A DNA stretch of 64,000 bases from Synechococcus sp. BS301-5m-G53 (GCA_016779825.1 JADHMX010000001.1:143-64142), one strand, 5' to 3'; numbered from the stretch's first letter, positions 1 to 8,905 are shown. Made by a program: numbers and translations. The notes: generated by a model not told the origin, from the letters alone.

Positions 1-598
1 GGGAGACATCCATCGGGTCACTGGTGAAACCGATGTGAAGGTGCGTCTGGATCTGGACGGCTCCGGCCAGTGCCAGGCCAGCACCGGTGTGCCGTTTCTC
101 GACCATATGCTTCATCAGATCAGTAGCCACGGCCTGATCGACCTGGAGATCAAGGCGGTGGGAGACACCCACATCGATGATCACCACACCAATGAGGATG
201 TGGGCATTGCCGTGGGGCAGGCCCTGGCCCAGGCCCTGGGGGACCGGCGCGGCATCCACCGCTTCGGTCACTTCGTTGCACCCCTGGACGAGGCCCTGGT
301 GCAGGTGGCCTTGGATTGTTCCGGTCGCCCCCACCTCAGCTACAGCCTTGCGATTCCCAGCCAAAAGATCGGCAGCTACGACACCGAGCTGGTGAAGGAG
401 TTCTTCGTGGCGGTGGTCAACAACAGCGGGGTGACACTGCACATCCGTCAGCTGGATGGCGTCAATTCCCATCACATCGTGGAAGCCTGCTTCAAGGCTT
501 TTGCCCGTGCCCTGCGCATGGCCACGGAGGTGGATCCCCGCCGGGCCGGCGCCATCCCAAGCAGCAAAGGTGTGTTGGAGCAGGCCGGCGCCAGCTGA
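1..598 (+). CDS. hisB: Imidazoleglycerol-phosphate dehydratase (5' end outside window)
   Basis: The frame is open from position 2 ([14 protein letters not shown]). IGPD motifs [15 protein letters not shown] and [13 protein letters not shown]; ends with PSSKGVL. Confidence 0.97.
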   Translation, partial: GDIHRVTGETDVKVRLDLDGSGQCQASTGVPFLDHMLHQISSHGLIDLEIKAVGDTHIDDHHTNEDVGIAVGQALAQALGDRRGIHRFGHFVAPLDEALVQVALDCSGRPHLSYSLAIPSQKIGSYDTELVKEFFVAVVNNSGVTLHIRQLDGVNSHHIVEACFKAFARALRMATEVDPRRAGAIPSSKGVLEQAGAS

Positions 599-658
599 GG
601 CCGGCCGCGCGCTTCACAGTCCGTTACGAGAAGATGGACGGACGTTGATCGTTCGCCC

Positions 659-2128
659 GTGACCGTTGCCCCCGCCCGCAGCTACGACCGCAGCGACTGG
701 GCCAGTTCCTTTGTCAATGTTGAGGAGGAACTGACTGACGTAGCGCTGACTCCGGTGCGTGGAACGGTGCCGATGGAGCTTCAGGGCACCTTCTATCGCA
801 ATGGACCCGGGCGCCTTGAGCGGGATGGGCATCGGGTGCACCACCCCTTCGATGGCGACGGCATGATCGCGGCGATGCGGTTTGAGAACGGCAGCGTCTC
901 CCTCAGCAACCGTTTTGTGCGCACTGAGGGTTGGCTGGCGGAGGAGAAGGCCGGCAAGGTGCTTTACCGGGGAGTGTTTGGAAGCCAGAAGCCGGGTGGT
1001 CGGCTGGCCAACGCCTTTGACCTGCGCTTGAAGAACATCGCCAATACGAACGTGGTACGTCTGGGCGATCAGCTGCTTGCCCTCTGGGAGGCTGCGGAAC
1101 CCCATGCGCTCGATCCCCGCAGCCTGGAGACCCGAGGCCTCTCACGCCTCGATGGTGTGTTGAAAAAAGGCGAGGCCTTTAGTGCTCACCCGCGCTTCGA
1201 TCCCGGTCACAACGGCCGGCCCTGCATGGTCACCTTCGGGGTCAAAACCGGGCCCCGCAGCACCATCCGTCTGATGGAGTTCGCGACCGATGGTCCGGAG
1301 GCCGGCACGTTGCTGCACGACCGTTCCGACAGCTTCCCCGGTTTCGCCTTCCTCCACGATTTCGCCATCACCCCCAACTGGGCGGTGTTCCTCCAGAACG
1401 CCATCGCCTTCAATCCCCTGCCGTTTGTGACCGGTGAAAAGGGCGCGGCCCAGTGCCTGGCATCCCAACCCGGTGGCAAGGGGCGCTTCTGGTTGATCCC
1501 CCGCGACTCCGGTCGTTTCGCTGGCCAGAAGCCCCGCATCCTCGAAGCCCCCGACGGCTTCGTCTTCCATCACCTCAACGCGTTCGAGGACGGTGATCAT
1601 GTTGTGGTGGAGAGCATCGTCTACGACGATTTCCCGTCCATCGGCCCCGATGACGACTTCGCTCAGGTGGATTTCGACACGGTGCCGGAGGGAATCCTGC
1701 ACCGGTGCCGCCTCGACCTCAGCCGGGAATCGGTGCAGACCGAGCGGATCAGCGAGCGCACCTGTGAGTTCGCCATGGTCAACCCCGAGCGTCAGGGCCT
1801 CAGTGCCCGCTTTGCCTGGATGGCCGTAGCTGAGCGGGAGACGGGCAATGATCCGTTGCAGGCCATTCAGAAGCTTGACCTGGATTCCGGTTCGAACCAC
1901 ATCTGGAGTGCGGCGCCTCGAGGCTTTGTGAGTGAGCCGTTGATGGTGCGTCGTCCCGATGCTGAAGCCGAAGACGACGGCTGGGTGCTGGACCTGGTGT
2001 GGAACGGGGCCCGCTCCGCATCCGACTTGGTGATCCTCGATGCCCGTGATCTGACTGAGGTGGCGGTGCTGGAGCTGCCGTTGGCTGTTCCCCATGGATT
2101 GCACGGGAGCTGGGCACCCCAACGCTGA
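659..2128 (+). CDS. Carotenoid oxygenase family (apocarotenoid/lignostilbene dioxygenase)
   Basis: RNGPG, HPFDGDGM, FSAHP, FLHDF, FVFHHLNAFE, EPLMV and C-terminal PHGLHGSW, which supply the four Fe-binding His of the RPE65/CCD family. Confidence 0.93.
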   Translation: MTVAPARSYDRSDWASSFVNVEEELTDVALTPVRGTVPMELQGTFYRNGPGRLERDGHRVHHPFDGDGMIAAMRFENGSVSLSNRFVRTEGWLAEEKAGKVLYRGVFGSQKPGGRLANAFDLRLKNIANTNVVRLGDQLLALWEAAEPHALDPRSLETRGLSRLDGVLKKGEAFSAHPRFDPGHNGRPCMVTFGVKTGPRSTIRLMEFATDGPEAGTLLHDRSDSFPGFAFLHDFAITPNWAVFLQNAIAFNPLPFVTGEKGAAQCLASQPGGKGRFWLIPRDSGRFAGQKPRILEAPDGFVFHHLNAFEDGDHVVVESIVYDDFPSIGPDDDFAQVDFDTVPEGILHRCRLDLSRESVQTERISERTCEFAMVNPERQGLSARFAWMAVAERETGNDPLQAIQKLDLDSGSNHIWSAAPRGFVSEPLMVRRPDAEAEDDGWVLDLVWNGARSASDLVILDARDLTEVAVLELPLAVPHGLHGSWAPQR

Positions 2129-2157
2129 TACGTTGAGGCCTTTCGCAGGCCTCACGG

Positions 2158-3219
2158 GTGCCAACGTCATTCACGCGTCCGCAGATCAATCGTGACGAGC
2201 GGATGCTGTGGATCCATGCTGGTCCCCACAAGGCAGCCAGCAGTTACGTCACCGAGCGGCTCCGTCAAAACAGGGAGCATCTGGCTGCTCAGGGTGTGTT
2301 GATGGATGGCGATAACAACCGTCTCGCCAATGCCATTGCAGAAAAAAACTATGAACCAGTTGAGGAGGTAATTGCCACGCTGCCTTCTTCGCTGAACAGG
2401 GTTTTGCTCAGCAGCTCCTCTTTGGATGACCGCATCCTCAGTCGAACTGTCTTAGGAAAATTGCAGGCTTTGGTTGAACGACAAGGCTTCAAATTAGGCG
2501 TCAGTTACTTCGTCCGTGACCAGCAGTCCTGGTTGAATTCGGTTTACGCGCACCGGGTGAGAAGGTTTCGTGAAACGCCTGACTTTGAGCAATATTGTGA
2601 TTACATCATGCATGATTCTGATTCATGGAATATTGCTTATCCATCCAAATTTCGCGTGCTGAGTCGCTTCCCAGCGATTGCGACGTTGTTTCTTCCTTTG
2701 TCCAAGCAGGTTGCGATTAGTGATCCCTTCCTGGCCCTTGTTGAGGCCCTTGATCTGGACACTCCTGTGGGTGAACAGGGCTGGCTTGCGGGCCGTTCCT
2801 CCAAGCAGAACATCCAGCCCGGGGCCCGGGGAATCTGGATGTCTGCCCTCTGCCGTCGCTTGATGGTGGAAACGGGTTTCGACCCGGAAGTGCTCAAGCG
2901 GAAGGGCAAGGTCATCCGTGATCTCGCCATCGAGCGCGGTTGGGATAGCGAGAAATTTGATGGCTTCGATCAACCGCTTCAAGATCGGGTTTCGGCCTTT
3001 TATGCCAGCTCCAATGAAGCGTTTGCCCAGGAGCACTGGGGTGTGAGTTGGAACAGTCTTTTCCCGGTTCGGCCTGCCGTGCAACGGGTGTATGCGGGTC
3101 CTCAAACCGAGGCGGAACGCAAGGAGATGCGATCTCTCATGGTTCGTGTGCTGCGGGAGTTGGGTTTCCCCTGGCGGCTGCGGCGGCGTTTCTTCTCCCT
3201 CTACGACGCAACCGTCTGA
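2158..3219 (+). CDS. Hypothetical protein, sulfotransferase-like P-loop fold
   Basis: N-terminal WIHAGPHKAASS resembles the hHIGxxKTGTS motif of sulfotransferase-like proteins; LLSSS and YFVRDQQSWLNSVY resemble the downstream conserved segments. Confidence 0.55.
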   Translation: MPTSFTRPQINRDERMLWIHAGPHKAASSYVTERLRQNREHLAAQGVLMDGDNNRLANAIAEKNYEPVEEVIATLPSSLNRVLLSSSSLDDRILSRTVLGKLQALVERQGFKLGVSYFVRDQQSWLNSVYAHRVRRFRETPDFEQYCDYIMHDSDSWNIAYPSKFRVLSRFPAIATLFLPLSKQVAISDPFLALVEALDLDTPVGEQGWLAGRSSKQNIQPGARGIWMSALCRRLMVETGFDPEVLKRKGKVIRDLAIERGWDSEKFDGFDQPLQDRVSAFYASSNEAFAQEHWGVSWNSLFPVRPAVQRVYAGPQTEAERKEMRSLMVRVLRELGFPWRLRRRFFSLYDATV

Positions 3220-3339
3220 GCACGACTGTTTCACCCTTTTGCTCTCGGGCCAGTCACGGCTTGACACAGGCCGGTCATGGTTGAGCAGGGTTTGTGGCTC
3301 CAGGCTCGCCAGCATGGAGATCCCAACGGAAGGCTCGGC

Positions 3340-4041
3340 ATGACGAATCGACTCTGGGGCGCTGTCAAGGTCGCCGCGCCCGTCCTCTTCGGCCTCACTG
3401 TCTTTGCGCCATCCCCCATGAGGGCTGCGGAGCGCGTTTGCAACGGCACCCTGCTTCAGATCCAGGTGAATGAGCGTGGAACGAGCCGTAGCGATCGCTT
3501 TCGCTTTTCGCTCGGGCTGGAAGCTGAAAATGCCAACAAGGATGCAGCGATGACGGCTTTAAACGGCCGTTTGGCGAAGGCGCGTCAGGTGATTCAGCCC
3601 TTAGCCCTGGGCCGGCTCACGATCCCTGCACCCCGTAGCTATTCCGTTGGGGGAGGCGCGTCGGGACCACGACTGGAGCGGGCGAGCACCAACATCACGG
3701 GCGAGGTGAGCCGGGACAATTACGACGCGTTGATCCAGGCCGCCGGTCGCTTGCCGGGTGTTCGACTGCAGGGAATGACGTCCTTGGCGTCGAGCGAAAG
3801 CAGTGCCTCATTGGCGGATCAGTTGCTGAAGCAAGCTCTGGACACGGGGCGACGTCGCGCCCAGGCCACAGCAGGGGCTCTCGGCCTCCGCAAGGTGGAG
3901 TTGTTGCTGATTGACCAGCGTGGTTCGACCTATCGACCCATGGCGATGGCTGCACGCATGGGGGAGGCAAGCTTCAGGCCTGGGGAGGCTCCCAAGCCCA
4001 GTCAGAGCCTCACCCTCAAATTGGACTACTGCCTGCGTTGA
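3340..4041 (+). CDS. SIMPL (DUF541) domain periplasmic protein
   Basis: Signal-peptide-like N-terminus and LLKQALDTGRRRAQATAGALG helix typical of SIMPL. Start uncertain (3277 or 3340). Confidence 0.7.
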   Translation: MTNRLWGAVKVAAPVLFGLTVFAPSPMRAAERVCNGTLLQIQVNERGTSRSDRFRFSLGLEAENANKDAAMTALNGRLAKARQVIQPLALGRLTIPAPRSYSVGGGASGPRLERASTNITGEVSRDNYDALIQAAGRLPGVRLQGMTSLASSESSASLADQLLKQALDTGRRRAQATAGALGLRKVELLLIDQRGSTYRPMAMAARMGEASFRPGEAPKPSQSLTLKLDYCLR

Positions 4042-4053
4042 TTGGCCTCAGGA

Positions 4054-5607
4054 TCACTGCGGAGTGACCATGCTGCGCCGCCATTCCTTCCAGGCCAGCC
4101 TTGGCGCACTCCAGAGGGTGGCCAGCACCAGGGGGGTGACCGGTACTGCGGTGATCACGATGAAGGCTTGCAAGGCATCGATGGAGGTGCTGTCCCCCAG
4201 GCCCGTGCCGATCCGCAGCAGCACCAAGGTGAGGCTGCCGATCATCAAGGCCCAGAACAGGCGCAGCAGAGCCGGCGGCTCGTTGCGGCCGCTCACCACC
4301 ATCGCTGCGGCGTAACTCATCGAGTCGGCGCTGGTGCACATGAACAGCACCACCAGCACCAGGCCAATCGGAATCAGCAGGCCGGCCAGGGGGAGTTGGC
4401 TGAGGATGGTCAGCAGCGCGGCGGCGGCGCCGTTCTGGGCCAGGGCTTCACTGATGCCACCCCCGGCCAATTCGAGATGCAATCCGGTGCCCCCCAGCAG
4501 GGTGAACCAAAGGTTGGTCACGATCGGGCAGAGGATCGCCACCGCAAGCACCAGTTCACGGATGCTGCGGCCGCGGCTGACGCCAGCGGTGAAGAGCCCC
4601 ATCAAGGGCGCATAGCCGAGGAACCAACCCCAGTAGAACACCGTCCAGCCGTTCACCCAGTTTGCTGGCACGGCATTGGGGGTGAGGGCCATCTGCGGCA
4701 GATGAATCAGATAGGTGACAAAGCCGCTGAAGAAGTGCTGAATCAGCCAGAGGCCAGGGCCCAACAGCAGCAGGCCTGCCGCCATGGCCAGGGTGAGCCA
4801 GACGTTGAGCTCGGAGAGCCATTTGATCCCCTTCTGAATTCCGCTGACAGTGGAGGTTGCGAAGACGGCCGTTAGCAGCACCACCACCAGGGATTGCAGG
4901 CCGGCACTGTCGGTGAGCCAGGGCAGTTGCCCTGCGGCGTTGCTGAGCTGCAGCGAGAGGAAGCCCAGAGGGCCCACGGTGCCGGCGATGGCGGCCACCA
5001 CAGACAACCCATCCGCCAGGTGACCGATCGGACCATCCACCCAGCTGCGCGGCACGATGTTCACCAGCAGGGTGCGGGGACGCAGGGGTTCACCGCGTCG
5101 TTCCAGGATCGAGAAGGTGATCGTGGTGGTGGTGGCCACCAGGGCCCAGGCGAGGAAGCCCCAGTGCAGAAAACTCACCGCCAGGGCGGGATCCACCGCT
5201 GCTGCTGTGCTGCCCTCGACCCCTTTAAACACTGGTGATGGGGTCTGGAAGTGATAGAGCGGTTCGGCTGCCGACCAGAACACACCACCGCCCGCCAGCA
5301 GGGTGCAGATCAGCACTGCGCACCAATCAAAGAATTTGAAGCTCGGCTTGGCCTCTGCACCCCCAAGCCGGAGTTTGCCGACCGGACTGATGGCCAGGAT
5401 CAAAGCGATCAGAAACAGCAGCACCACCATCCACTGCCAGACCCCCCCGAGGGCATCACTGACCACGGCTTTGCCGGTTTCAGTGAAATGCTTGGCCAGC
5501 GCCAGGTCGATCGCCGACACCAGCAGAAAGATCAGGAGGGGAACAGCACCCACCCAGAGGGTGGCCTGTCGCCACCAGGAGCGCTGGTTCGTGGGGATGT
5601 CAGACAT
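4054..5607 (-). CDS. BCCT family betaine/carnitine/choline transporter
   Basis: About 12 TM helices; GKLRLGG..KP.F..F.W, GGGVFWSAAEP, FLHWGFLAW, SGIQKGIKWLS.LN, WTVFYWGWFLGYAP and SRGRSIRE motifs. Confidence 0.95.
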   Translation of the reverse strand: MSDIPTNQRSWWRQATLWVGAVPLLIFLLVSAIDLALAKHFTETGKAVVSDALGGVWQWMVVLLFLIALILAISPVGKLRLGGAEAKPSFKFFDWCAVLICTLLAGGGVFWSAAEPLYHFQTPSPVFKGVEGSTAAAVDPALAVSFLHWGFLAWALVATTTTITFSILERRGEPLRPRTLLVNIVPRSWVDGPIGHLADGLSVVAAIAGTVGPLGFLSLQLSNAAGQLPWLTDSAGLQSLVVVLLTAVFATSTVSGIQKGIKWLSELNVWLTLAMAAGLLLLGPGLWLIQHFFSGFVTYLIHLPQMALTPNAVPANWVNGWTVFYWGWFLGYAPLMGLFTAGVSRGRSIRELVLAVAILCPIVTNLWFTLLGGTGLHLELAGGGISEALAQNGAAAALLTILSQLPLAGLLIPIGLVLVVLFMCTSADSMSYAAAMVVSGRNEPPALLRLFWALMIGSLTLVLLRIGTGLGDSTSIDALQAFIVITAVPVTPLVLATLWSAPRLAWKEWRRSMVTPQ

Positions 5608-5625
5608 CGGAGGAGGGGTGAGGGG

Positions 5626-6816
5626 TCAGGCGCGAACGGCGTCGCGTTGGTGGCTCCAGCAGGAGAGATCCACCGCAGGTTGTTCGCCACTGGCGAGGCG
5701 TGCCAGGGAATCGCCGATCAGCGGAGCGAACTTGAAGGCCTGGCCGGAACCTCCGGCGAACAGACTCAGCTTCGGGGTGAGCCGGTCCAGCACGAAGTTC
5801 ACGTCGCTGGCCATGGAGTACGGGCTGATCACGGTCTCTACTCGCTCCTGAACTCCCTCCAATTCGTTGAACAGGAAGGAGTCGAGCAGCTCCACCAGGC
5901 GAGCCGGTGGCTCGGTGACCATGGCGTTGGGTGCGGCGACCCGCAGCTCCGGCGGGGCCCAGTCGATGCCTGCCTTGATCCGGGGGCGTCCGTCGGTGGT
6001 GTGACTCAGGACGGGGAAGCCGTAATAGAGGCCACCGTCATCGCCGCGTTCCTGCTGGAAGCAGAACCACTGCGGGTAGCGATCGGCCAGTGCCGGGTCG
6101 ACGGTGTAGTGGGCCCAGAGCATCGGCCACACCTCCAGTTTCGGTGCCAAGCCGAGGGGGGCGAGCAACAGTTGGCTCCAGATCCCGCAGGCCACCACCA
6201 GCTGTCCGGCGGCGATGTGTTTGCCGCTCTCCAGGGTGACGCCTCCACCATCGGGATCGAGGCCGGCCACTGGGCAGTGCTCGATCAACCGATGGCCGGC
6301 GTTACGGGCGGTATTGATCCAGTGGGTGACAACTTTGTCGCTGCGCACGGCACCAGCGGTGGGCTCGAACAGGCCGGTGAAGCCCGCCTTCGGCTTCAGC
6401 GGGAAACGGGCCGCGATCTGGTCGGCGTTGAGGGCCTCATAGGGAATGCCCTGGTCGTCCATAACCAGCCGGGCACCAGGGATCGATCCTTCGATCGTCT
6501 CTTCATCCCAGCTTTCGCCGTAGAACAGCAGGCCGTGGGTCTCCCGCAGTTGTTGGCCGGCGTGGGTCTCCTCGTCGCGCCAGAGGCGGTTGGCCTCCTG
6601 GGCCAGACGGCAGAGCACCGGGTCGGAGTACATCTCCCGGAACATCCGGGTTTCGCCATAGCTGCTGGCCTTGGCGTGGGCCAGGGTCTGGCCTTCCAGC
6701 AGCACCACATCGCGCACGCCGCGGCGGGCCAGGGATGCAGCGCAGCTGAGGCCGGCCATGCCGCCGCCAACGATCACCACGGCTGCCTGGCTGGGCAGGG
6801 AGGAGGGTGTGCTCAT
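5626..6816 (-). CDS. FAD-dependent oxidase, monomeric sarcosine oxidase/pipecolate oxidase/NikD family
   Basis: VIVGGGMAGLS Rossmann motif, ASSYGETRMFREMY (MSOX SSHGDTRIIRHAY), YYGFP and GGSGQAFKFAPLIG. Confidence 0.9.
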   Translation of the reverse strand: MSTPSSLPSQAAVVIVGGGMAGLSCAASLARRGVRDVVLLEGQTLAHAKASSYGETRMFREMYSDPVLCRLAQEANRLWRDEETHAGQQLRETHGLLFYGESWDEETIEGSIPGARLVMDDQGIPYEALNADQIAARFPLKPKAGFTGLFEPTAGAVRSDKVVTHWINTARNAGHRLIEHCPVAGLDPDGGGVTLESGKHIAAGQLVVACGIWSQLLLAPLGLAPKLEVWPMLWAHYTVDPALADRYPQWFCFQQERGDDGGLYYGFPVLSHTTDGRPRIKAGIDWAPPELRVAAPNAMVTEPPARLVELLDSFLFNELEGVQERVETVISPYSMASDVNFVLDRLTPKLSLFAGGSGQAFKFAPLIGDSLARLASGEQPAVDLSCWSHQRDAVRA

Positions 6817-7868
6817 TCGCTCTCTCCGAAGCTGAGGCCGATGGGCTCAGTGGAGGGTGTCGCCGCTACTTCCTCGAGGGCGGCCCCCACCGACAACCCC
6901 TGTTCGCGCTGATTCAGGTAGTCGCTGGCACGCCGGCGCACCTCATCGCGTACGAAGGCATAGACGTCCTTGGCGCCTGCGTCCTTCCAGGCGTCGGGGG
7001 AGAACCGTTCGATCGAATCGGCGATCACGGCGCCGGCATTCACCAGGGGATCCGGCAGCACCTTGACACCGCGGCGACGCAGGTCGTCTGCCAACTGGGG
7101 TTGCTGGAAGGGGGCATTCGCCGCAGGCACCACGGCGGGGGTCCTCAGCGCTGTCGCCATCTCGGTGTTGATCAACCCGGAGATGGAGCAGGGCAGCAGC
7201 AGGTCGAGGTTCAACTCCCACCAGGCGCAGCTGTCCGGCAGTGGCGTCGCACCGGGAAAACTGGCTTTCTCGCGATCCAGATCCACGGTGAACACGGTCC
7301 AACCGTGCGCGACGAGATTGCGGGCCACCGTGCCACCAACGGCACCGCAGCCGTGCACCAGGGCTCGGCCGGGACGGGCGTCGTCGAGGTCTGTGTCCAG
7401 AACGGCCTCCACGGCTCCGAGGGTGCCGTGGGCGGTGGCAGCACTGGCGTCAACGGGGCTGCCGACCGCCGCCAGCACATGGGGGGTGAGCGCCGTCAGG
7501 CGCTCCATGTCCTCCAGGCTGGTGTTGAGATCGCAGCCAGTGATCATGGCGCCATCAAGCGACTCCAGCAGCTCGGCGGTGACGCTGATCAGCTCATCCT
7601 TGACGGCATCGGGTTCAGCGGCCCGGGCGACGATCTTGCCTCCGGCGAAACCGGTGCCATAGAGATCGTGCTTGTGGGTCATCAACCCCGCCAGCCGCTG
7701 ACCGTCGGCGATGCAGGCCTCGTCGGTCGGGTAATTGAGCACACGCAGGCCTCCGTTGGCGGGGCGCTTCGCATCGGTGTCTTCCGCCACCACGAACACC
7801 GAGAGGTGGTCGGAGACGTGTTCCGCCAGCACCGACACCGTCGGCGCTGGCTTCTTGCTTTTGCTCAT
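6813..7868 (-). CDS. Glu/Leu/Phe/Val amino-acid dehydrogenase family protein
   Basis: GGLRV, MTHKH...GGKIV (both conserved Lys), ITGCDLNT, VHGCGAVG NAD-binding motif, PAAN and PDPLVNAGAVI. ATG at 7868 overlaps the upstream TGA. Confidence 0.9.
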   Translation of the reverse strand: MSKSKKPAPTVSVLAEHVSDHLSVFVVAEDTDAKRPANGGLRVLNYPTDEACIADGQRLAGLMTHKHDLYGTGFAGGKIVARAAEPDAVKDELISVTAELLESLDGAMITGCDLNTSLEDMERLTALTPHVLAAVGSPVDASAATAHGTLGAVEAVLDTDLDDARPGRALVHGCGAVGGTVARNLVAHGWTVFTVDLDREKASFPGATPLPDSCAWWELNLDLLLPCSISGLINTEMATALRTPAVVPAANAPFQQPQLADDLRRRGVKVLPDPLVNAGAVIADSIERFSPDAWKDAGAKDVYAFVRDEVRRRASDYLNQREQGLSVGAALEEVAATPSTEPIGLSFGESE

Positions 7869-8905
7869 CAGGCCACCTTCTCCATCATCTGGTGGTGTTC
7901 GACGTAGTCGAGGCTCCATTCGCTGGGGGCTTCGGCGATGCGCTGCTGCAGGCGCTCGAACACCGTGTCTGCTGCGGCATCACCGGCAGCACTGGCGAAG
8001 CTGTGGCGGCTCCAGCTGCGGATCGTCGCCATCAGGCCGGTGGCGAAGGCGGCGGTGTCACCGTTCTCGTCCCAGCGGCGTCGGTAGGGGCACTTCACGT
8101 ACACGGTGCGCTCGTCCACCAGGCGCAGGCCGTTGCGGTAAGCGGCGCTGCTCTCGTCCTTCAGCGGAGCCATGAACTCCTCGGGGGACTTGTAGAAGTT
8201 CAGCACCGTGCCTTGTTTGTACTGCTCCTGGCTGATCAGGCCTTCCTCGGCCATGCTCCGCCAGATCTGGTGCAGCTGGTCGTGCACGTTGCGGGTTTCG
8301 CCGCCGTTGTGCCCCAGATAGAGCCCTGCTTCGTCACGGGAGAGGTTCACCGTCAGCAGGCGGCCGCCCACCTTGAGTTCTCGGCTGCGCAGCTCGAGGA
8401 TGTGGTTCCAGTCCTTCATCGCCTGGGCAGTGAAGCGCTGAAGCGCCTCGGCATCACCAGAGGCCAGCACGTGGGTGTGGCTGTCGAGCGGTCCGGGGGA
8501 GGCGCTCAGCCAGTGCATGGCGGTGGCGGAGAAGCCGAAACTCACCGAGTTCGGCGCCACGGAGGGCTCGTAGAAACTGCGGGCACTCACCAGCACCGTT
8601 GGCTTGGGATCCCGATTGATCTGCAGGGCCAGGTTGTTCGCCAGAGCGATGTTGTCGTTGCTCGGCAGGTCGTTGCCGATCAGTGTCAGGTGGGCCTTCG
8701 TTTGGTTGGCATGCAGGCGATCCAGCACCTGGTTCCAGAGTCCAACGGCGGTGCCGCCATCGGCAGCTCCGTAATCAATCAGGACATGGCTGTCAGCAAC
8801 AGCCAGTTCATCTACACAAGTCAAGGCCCAGTCCGAAGCGGCTTCAATGCAGAGGAGAGCCCCTTCGGTCTGCGCGCTGTAACCCGTGGTCATGGCGATG
8901 GCCAT
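7868..8905 (-). CDS. SABATH-family (Methyltransf_7) SAM-dependent methyltransferase
   Basis: IDYGAADGGT (motif A), GNDLPSNDN, SFYEPSVAPNSVSFGFSATAMHWLS, QAMKDWNHILELRSRELKVGGRL; all diagnostic of SABATH. GAGG RBS precedes the ATG. Confidence 0.9.
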   Translation of the reverse strand: MAIAMTTGYSAQTEGALLCIEAASDWALTCVDELAVADSHVLIDYGAADGGTAVGLWNQVLDRLHANQTKAHLTLIGNDLPSNDNIALANNLALQINRDPKPTVLVSARSFYEPSVAPNSVSFGFSATAMHWLSASPGPLDSHTHVLASGDAEALQRFTAQAMKDWNHILELRSRELKVGGRLLTVNLSRDEAGLYLGHNGGETRNVHDQLHQIWRSMAEEGLISQEQYKQGTVLNFYKSPEEFMAPLKDESSAAYRNGLRLVDERTVYVKCPYRRRWDENGDTAAFATGLMATIRSWSRHSFASAAGDAAADTVFERLQQRIAEAPSEWSLDYVEHHQMMEKVA

